21,053 nt of DNA from positions 1-21,053 of the forward strand of contig JAZDFD010000035.1 in the NCBI GenBank assembly GCA_043808155.1, read 5' to 3'. Positions within the stretch are counted from its first letter, which is position 1. The number at the start of each line of letters is the position of its first letter. Positions 16,322 through 21,053 of the stretch are shown in pieces. Source of the stretch: Candidatus Iainarchaeum sp. (GTDB lineage Archaea; Iainarchaeota; Iainarchaeia; Iainarchaeales; JAZDFD01). A program made the translations under genes and the position numbers. The notes beneath the pieces are model-generated. The model searched no databases, had not been told where the DNA came from, and saw only the letters and a list, made by a program, of their open reading frames with translations.

Positions 16322-17476
16322 TCAACCAATCAAACTCAAAATATAAGGAATCGCAATCACAACTCCGATTGTCGCACCTATATTCGCGTAAGCAGTTACT
16401 AAGAGAATGTGCATTGCTCTGTTTTTGTTAAAATCAGAGAATGAATTCATGTTTTTTAAATTCTCAAAATCCATCACTCTTGGAGGTCGAATTTTAGCTT
16501 CCACTAACCCGACAAACCAGCCAGCTGCAAGTGCAGGGTGAAGAGTTGTTATTGGCGCAGCTAAAAATGCAGTTGCAATTGCAAAGGGGTGTGCCCCGCC
16601 AATCAATGCACCAAGTGCAGCTAACCCGCCGCTAAAAATTATCCAGTAAAAAACCATACTCAGAACAATTCCTGTTCCTTTAAAATAAAATCCTGAAAAA
16701 AGAATCACAACAAACAAAGCAGGAATCAAATACTTCAGCACACTTCCCCAAACACTCTTATTTTCAACCACCTTATTTATGGATGAAATATCCCTCGGCA
16801 TATCAAGATATTTTTTAATTCCGTCAATATGTCCTGCACCAACAACTGCAACAATTTTCTTTCCCGGACTCGCAAGAATTCCATTTGCAATAAACAAATC
16901 TCGTTCATCAACAAGAACTTTTTTTATTGACGGCATTTTCTGGCCTAATTCATTCATAAGCTCAGTCATCACATCTTTCTTTTTCAGTTCCTCTACTTTT
17001 TCAGCAGTTAATTCTTCATCTGCGAAAAACATTGCAGCTACAATTGCGTAAAGCATTTTCAGTTTCTCAAAAATAGACATTTCATTTATTGCGCGTTTCA
17101 AAGTAATTCTCACATCTCTGTCAAGTAGAATAATTCTCTTCTGATTTTTTTCAGCAGCTTCAACTGCCTTCAGCATTTCCATTCCTGGTTTAACTCCCAG
17201 GTCTTCACCAATCTTTTTCTGCATTGAAGCAAGCATCATATTCAGAATAAAAAGCTGGGTTTGGTTTGTTTTGATAATTTTTAAAATATCTGTTTCCTGC
17301 CATTTGCTTCCTGATTTAAGCTGAATAAATCTCTGCTTATCAAGCTCAATTCCCACGATGTCAGGGTTTTCTTCCTCAATAACTTTTTCAACTAACTCAA
17401 CACTCTTCTGGGACACATGTGCAGTCCCAACCAGAACAATTTCTTTGTCACCGTATTTGAGCCTTTCCACGTCCAT
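16322..17476 (-). CDS. TraB/PrgY/GumN family protein with C-terminal membrane domain
   Basis: LVGTAHVS, VGIELD, PGMEM, DRDVRIT, LVDERD, VAVVGAGH, APITTLHPALAAGW, ANIGATIG. Confidence 0.93.
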   Translation of the reverse strand: MDVERLKYGDKEIVLVGTAHVSQKSVELVEKVIEEENPDIVGIELDKQRFIQLKSGSKWQETDILKIIKTNQTQLFILNMMLASMQKKIGEDLGVKPGMEMLKAVEAAEKNQKRIILLDRDVRITLKRAINEMSIFEKLKMLYAIVAAMFFADEELTAEKVEELKKKDVMTELMNELGQKMPSIKKVLVDERDLFIANGILASPGKKIVAVVGAGHIDGIKKYLDMPRDISSINKVVENKSVWGSVLKYLIPALFVVILFSGFYFKGTGIVLSMVFYWIIFSGGLAALGALIGGAHPFAIATAFLAAPITTLHPALAAGWFVGLVEAKIRPPRVMDFENLKNMNSFSDFNKNRAMHILLVTAYANIGATIGVVIAIPYILSLIG

Positions 17477-17499
17477 GTGATTATGTAACTACGTGCCTC

Positions 17500-17516
17500 T
17501 TTTAAAACTTTTCAAA
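17500..17516. promoter_or_regulatory. Overlapping divergent TATA-like boxes for the TraB and agmatinase-like genes
   Basis: TTTTAAAA (17500-17507) 23 nt from the TraB ATG; TTTTCAAA (17509-17516) on the + strand. Confidence 0.45.
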
Positions 17517-17541
17517 GCGAGTTATACTATAGGTGAAATCA

Positions 17542-18270
17542 ATGAGTAAAATAAATTATATCTCCATTCCCTTTGATGGAAATGCAGAAAGAAAGGGTTG
17601 TGCAAAAGCACCATCATTTCTTTACAAATACCTGCGTGAAAGATTTAGTGACATCGAATATGCTGAAAAATTCAAAGGAAAAACAAATTCAGATTTAGAG
17701 AAATTTACTTCAGAAGTTGCAAAAAATCCAAAAATAAAAAAACCATTTTTTATTGGCGGAAATCATGTAATTTCTTTCTCTATTTTCAAATCACTCATCC
17801 AAACAAATCCAAAATTGGATTTCATTTATTTAGATGCGCATTTTGATGCTGATGACATTAAACTATTCAATTCCTCTGTTGTAAAACACAGTTATAATTT
17901 ATCAAAACCAATAATTCTTAATATTGGTTCACGTGAAAAATATCAAAAAGATAAACCAAAATTTATTGACACAGTTCCTGCAATGCAGTTCTCGGAAAAA
18001 TCACTTTTAAAAAAACTCTCAAAATTCAAAAATCCAGTTCACTTATCAATTGACGCTGATGTTTTAGAACCTGCAATAATGCCGGGAGTTTCACACCCTG
18101 AAGCCTTTGGATTAACTCCGCGTGAATTGCACGATTCTCTAAAAGTGATTTTTGCAAAATGTAATGTCGTTTCCGTGGATTTAGCAGAATTCAACCCAAC
18201 TGTTGAGAAAAAATACTCTTTAGAAACCTTTGCCTCAATAGTAAATTTAGTTTCCCAGTTTTGGAGATAA
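17542..18270 (+). CDS. Arginase/agmatinase family ureohydrolase (shortened)
   Basis: IPFD, GGNH, LDAHFD, SIDADVLEP..PGV..PE..GL, DLAEFNP. ATG 17542 is preferred because the track's GTG at 17533 lies inside the AGGTGA SD. Confidence 0.88.
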   Translation: MSKINYISIPFDGNAERKGCAKAPSFLYKYLRERFSDIEYAEKFKGKTNSDLEKFTSEVAKNPKIKKPFFIGGNHVISFSIFKSLIQTNPKLDFIYLDAHFDADDIKLFNSSVVKHSYNLSKPIILNIGSREKYQKDKPKFIDTVPAMQFSEKSLLKKLSKFKNPVHLSIDADVLEPAIMPGVSHPEAFGLTPRELHDSLKVIFAKCNVVSVDLAEFNPTVEKKYSLETFASIVNLVSQFWR

Positions 18271-18271
18271 C

Positions 18272-18527
18272 GCGAGCAAAAGGCGAGCAAGTGCTACCGA
18301 AGGTGCACCCGCACTCGCCGGGCGTTCGGCGGGGACGTAGTGTAGTCTGGTCTAGCATCGGTGCTTCGGGGGTACCTGACGGGAGTTCAAATCTCCCCGT
18401 TCCCATGCGCGCTTTCGATCGCGCGTGCCGAAATATGTGTGCTGCACTCTTTCAATTGACAATTGAAAGGTGCCCATTTCAACGAAGTTGAAATAGGGTT
18501 TCGTTTTGCTCAACAGCACAGTAATAT
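18272..18527 (+). ncRNA. Candidate large structured RNA (or DNA) element enclosing tRNA-Pro
   Basis: Seven helices outside the tRNA, including two leader-trailer pairings (see findings); the 5' flank 18271-18330 is 41/60 G+C in an AT-rich genome. Confidence 0.6.
18331..18405 (+). tRNA. tRNA-Pro(CGG), archaeal type, no intron, CCA not encoded
   Basis: Acceptor GGGGACG/CGTTCCC + A73; D arm GTGT-AGTCTGGTCTA-GCAT; anticodon arm GGTGC-TT CGG GG-GTACC (anticodon 18367-18369); T arm GGGAG-TTCAAAT-CTCCC. Confidence 0.96.
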
Positions 18528-18696
18528 GTCGTACATTTATTAACTTTTCCAACACAAGTATTTAGTGCTAGTTCTTGCACACTTGTAGAGATTTCTTCCG
18601 CGATTTTTTTGGTACTTTTTCCTGCACATGCAAAAGCTTTAAATAAAACTATCTTCTTAGTATTAATCTGTTTTTAAAGTTTTAAGTGGGGTTGAA

Positions 18697-20337
18697 ATGA
18701 AAAAAGTAAAATATGTTGTAGTAACTGGTGGTGTACTTTCTGGTCTGGGCAAGGGAGTTGTAACTTCCTCAATTGGAAAACTAATTCAGGCACAAGGCTA
18801 CAATGTATCAATTGTAAAAATAGACCCCTATATCAACGTTGATGCAGGAACAATGCGCCCTACTGAACATGGAGAAGTGTATGTAACTGATGACGGCGGA
18901 GAAACAGACCAGGACATCGGAAACTATGAACGATTTTTAGATCAGTCACTTTCACGAAAACACAACATCACAACAGGGCAGGTATATTTAGAAGTAATCC
19001 AGAGAGAAAGAAACTTAGAATTCGAAGGAAAATGCGTTGAAGTAATTCCTCACATTCCCAATGAAGTTCAAAGAAGAGTGAAAGAAGTTGCAAAGCATGA
19101 TAATTCTGATTTTGTAATTATTGAAATCGGCGGAACAGTCGGCGATTACCAGAATGTTTTATTTTTAGAAGCTTTCAGAGAAATGAATTTACACACTGAC
19201 AGAGTTGTGTTTGTTCATGTCGTGTTTTTACCAATTCCCTCAAATCTCGGGGAAATGAAAACAAAACCCGCACAGCACTCAGTAAGAGAATTAAACAGTA
19301 TTGGAATCCAGCCTGATTTTATAATTGCAAGATCAAGATGTGATATTGATGATGTCAGAAGAAAGAAACTCTCTCTGTTCTGTAATGTGCTTCCTGAAAA
19401 TGTAATTAATGCTCCTGATTTAAAATCAATTTATGAAGAACCTTTGGTTTTTGAAAAGCAGACTCTTGTTAAAAAAATCCTTGCTGAATTTAAACTGAAA
19501 TACAAAAAAGACACTCCAAAAATGAAAGAATGGAGACGCTTTGTTTCAAAAATGGGTAAAGTAAAGAAAAAAGTCAAAATTGGTATTGTGGGAAAATACT
19601 TTGATATTGGGGATTTCACATTAGATGATTCTTATATTTCTGTTATTGAAGCAGTAAAACACGCATCTTGGAAATATGGACTTTGCCCCGAAATTGAATG
19701 GTTAGATTCCAAAAAGTTTGAAAATGGAAAATCCTCGCTGAAAGAACTGAAGAAACTTGATGGAATTATAATTCCTGGCGGTTTTGGAAGTTCCGGAGTT
19801 GAAGGTAAAATAAATGCAATTCGCTTTTGCAGAGAAAATAAAATTCCCTTCTTGGGTTTGTGTTATGGTCTGCAGTTAGCAGTTGTTGAATTCTCAAGAA
19901 ACGTAGCTGGGATGAAAAATGCAAATTCAACTGAAATAAATCCTGACACCAAATATCCTGTTATTGATTTACAGCCCGAACAAAAAGAATTAATGAAACA
20001 GCATAATTACGGAAACACAATGCGTTTAGGTGCTTATCCTGCAAATTTAAAAAAGGGTTCACTTGTCTGGAAACTTTATGGTAAGAAAGACAAAGTTTCA
20101 GAGCGTCACAGACACAGATATGAAGTCAATCCTGAATTTGTTCCAGTGTTAGTTGAAAACGGACTGATGTTCTCTGGAGTTTACCCCAAAAGAAACTTAA
20201 TGGAATTTATTGAGTTAAAGAATCATCCTTTCTTTGTTGCAACTCAGGCACATCCTGAGTTAAAATCAAGACCTCTGAATCCGCATCCTTTATTTTTAGG
20301 ATTCATAAAAGCAGCTTCTGAAAGAAAGAAAAAGTGA
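18697..20337 (+). CDS. pyrG: CTP synthase
   Basis: VTGGVLSGLGKG, KIDPYINVDAGTM, EIGGTVGD, KTKPAQHSV, GLCYGLQ, ERHRHRYEVN, TQAHPELKSRP. Confidence 0.99.
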   Translation: MKKVKYVVVTGGVLSGLGKGVVTSSIGKLIQAQGYNVSIVKIDPYINVDAGTMRPTEHGEVYVTDDGGETDQDIGNYERFLDQSLSRKHNITTGQVYLEVIQRERNLEFEGKCVEVIPHIPNEVQRRVKEVAKHDNSDFVIIEIGGTVGDYQNVLFLEAFREMNLHTDRVVFVHVVFLPIPSNLGEMKTKPAQHSVRELNSIGIQPDFIIARSRCDIDDVRRKKLSLFCNVLPENVINAPDLKSIYEEPLVFEKQTLVKKILAEFKLKYKKDTPKMKEWRRFVSKMGKVKKKVKIGIVGKYFDIGDFTLDDSYISVIEAVKHASWKYGLCPEIEWLDSKKFENGKSSLKELKKLDGIIIPGGFGSSGVEGKINAIRFCRENKIPFLGLCYGLQLAVVEFSRNVAGMKNANSTEINPDTKYPVIDLQPEQKELMKQHNYGNTMRLGAYPANLKKGSLVWKLYGKKDKVSERHRHRYEVNPEFVPVLVENGLMFSGVYPKRNLMEFIELKNHPFFVATQAHPELKSRPLNPHPLFLGFIKAASERKKK

Positions 20338-20372
20338 TTTATTTAAAATAACTTTTGAATTCTTTTTGTACT

Positions 20373-20834
20373 ATGCTTAAGAAACCAAAAATTGAACACC
20401 AGTCTTTAAGAGATGGGTCTGCTCTTGAACGAATGGATTTTAATCCTGATGAAAGAAATGCTCACTTAAGGAAAATAAGAGAATGGTACAGTAAAAATTC
20501 TGATTTTAAAAGTTTTTTTAAAAAATTGGAGCAAAGCGGATTTTGGAATAATTTGGGAAGAATGCCAATGCCCAAGCTAGTCCGTTACATGCTTGAAGAT
20601 AGATATTTTAATGGTGAAAATGAGCAACTTTATTTAAATAAAATAAAAGATATTTTAAGTCCTGAAAATAGTTTTATAGGGAAACTTAAGGCTGAAACAA
20701 GCAAGGAAAGGAGATTGGAAGTTATTGGTCGGGAAATATCAAATAAACTTATTGATGGAGAACATCTTGAAGCAGAGATACTGCATATGCTTTATACTGC
20801 AGAATTTCACGATTTGAAATATCTTTCAGATTAA
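20373..20834 (+). CDS. Hypothetical helical protein
   Basis: Open frame; ATG at 20373 (MLKKPK) lies ~23 nt after a TTTAAAATA box, preferred over the TTG at 20355. Confidence 0.7.
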   Translation: MLKKPKIEHQSLRDGSALERMDFNPDERNAHLRKIREWYSKNSDFKSFFKKLEQSGFWNNLGRMPMPKLVRYMLEDRYFNGENEQLYLNKIKDILSPENSFIGKLKAETSKERRLEVIGREISNKLIDGEHLEAEILHMLYTAEFHDLKYLSD

Positions 20835-20871
20835 ATTTCATTTTCTAAATTATAATTTTGAAGAAAAAAGA

Positions 20872-20995
20872 AATGGGTTGGAGACAGACCCTTCAACCTG
20901 ATTCCGAGTTTTTTGCCCAGTACGCCGGGAGAGCTTGAGTCAGGTTCTTTTTGAATTGATGCCTTAATAATAACCAATCTGTCTCCACTAGCATT
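20872..20995. ncRNA. Candidate ~120-nt structured small RNA (minus strand slightly favoured)
   Basis: Nested helices 20879-20888/20978-20987 (10 bp perfect), 20895-20904/20937-20946, 20916-20920/20925-20929; minus-strand TTTAAATA at 21013-21006 and T-tract at ~20873-20861. Confidence 0.55.
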
Positions 20996-21053
20996 ATACT
21001 TTCTTTATTTAAAAACCTAACTAAAACTTTCATTAGTGAATAAATTAAAAAAA

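Noticed and set aside
18380-18405. tRNA 3' end as an att site of an integrated element
   Set aside because: No duplicate of the tRNA 3' end was seen in the window, there is no integrase, and pyrG follows directly.
18449-18494. CRISPR-repeat-like ends (AATTGAAAG, GTTGAAAT)
   Set aside because: They resemble archaeal repeat 3' ends, but there are no spaced direct repeats, no spacers and no cas genes in the window.
18272-18527. RNase P RNA, SRP RNA, group I intron, or split/permuted/nested tRNA
   Set aside because: No GAGGAAAGUCC/CR-V pair, no SRP helix 8 motif, no convincing P7 G-site, no second tRNA halves and no canonical bulge-helix-bulge found by eye.
18191-18555. ORFs 18191-18406, 18261-18491 and 18352-18555
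   Set aside because: They overlap the tRNA and GC-rich structured region; translations such as GTGRFELPSGTPEAPML are typical tRNA-antisense artefacts.
2093-19619. Numerous short antisense or alternative-frame ORFs in the track (e.g. 2093, 3912, 5044, 5348, 5674, 6470, 6734, 7087, 7157, 9305, 9636, 9851, 10030, 10270, 10988, 11999, 12102, 12205, 13956, 16779, 18039, 19431)
   Set aside because: They overlap well-supported genes and look like shadow frames with no recognisable motifs.
20872-20995. 5S rRNA
   Set aside because: The size and paired ends fit, but the conserved CCGAAC loop C and GAAGUUAAG segments are absent on both strands.

Overview
AT-rich chromosomal segment that reads as archaeal: TATA-like boxes ~22-25 nt before leaderless starts, GGTGA/GGGGG Shine-Dalgarno motifs, a G1:C72 tRNA-Pro without encoded CCA, and an HTH-CBS regulator. 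A DPANN-like lineage is plausible but is inference only. The left ~6.2 kb encodes four minus-strand cell-surface proteins. One is a long ORF missing from the supplied track (<1..2062): a signal peptide, a DsbA/BdbD-like thioredoxin domain whose CxxC is replaced by DADD, then at least five Ig-like repeats. Another is a 954-aa Cys-rich secreted protein. The rest is housekeeping and accessory genes: HTH-CBS regulator divergent from a bacterial-type metK, YbaK-like protein, sufS, PHP hydrolase plus CDP-alcohol phosphatidyltransferase, a second class V PLP enzyme, methyltransferase, Trbp111/EMAP-like protein, GNAT, GT4, TraB, agmatinase-like protein, tRNA-Pro(CGG) and pyrG. The strongest unexplained signals are: (1) the tRNA-Pro sits inside a ~250-nt, extensively base-paired, possibly pseudoknotted element; (2) a second ~120-nt structured candidate ncRNA near the right end; (3) an SD-led 6-codon uORF in front of metK that mirrors the start of the divergent regulator; (4) the redox-dead DsbA-Ig fusion; (5) an in-frame 27-bp triplication of a gene 3' end including its stop codon. 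No integrase, transposase or CRISPR array was seen. All helices were identified by eye and not computed.
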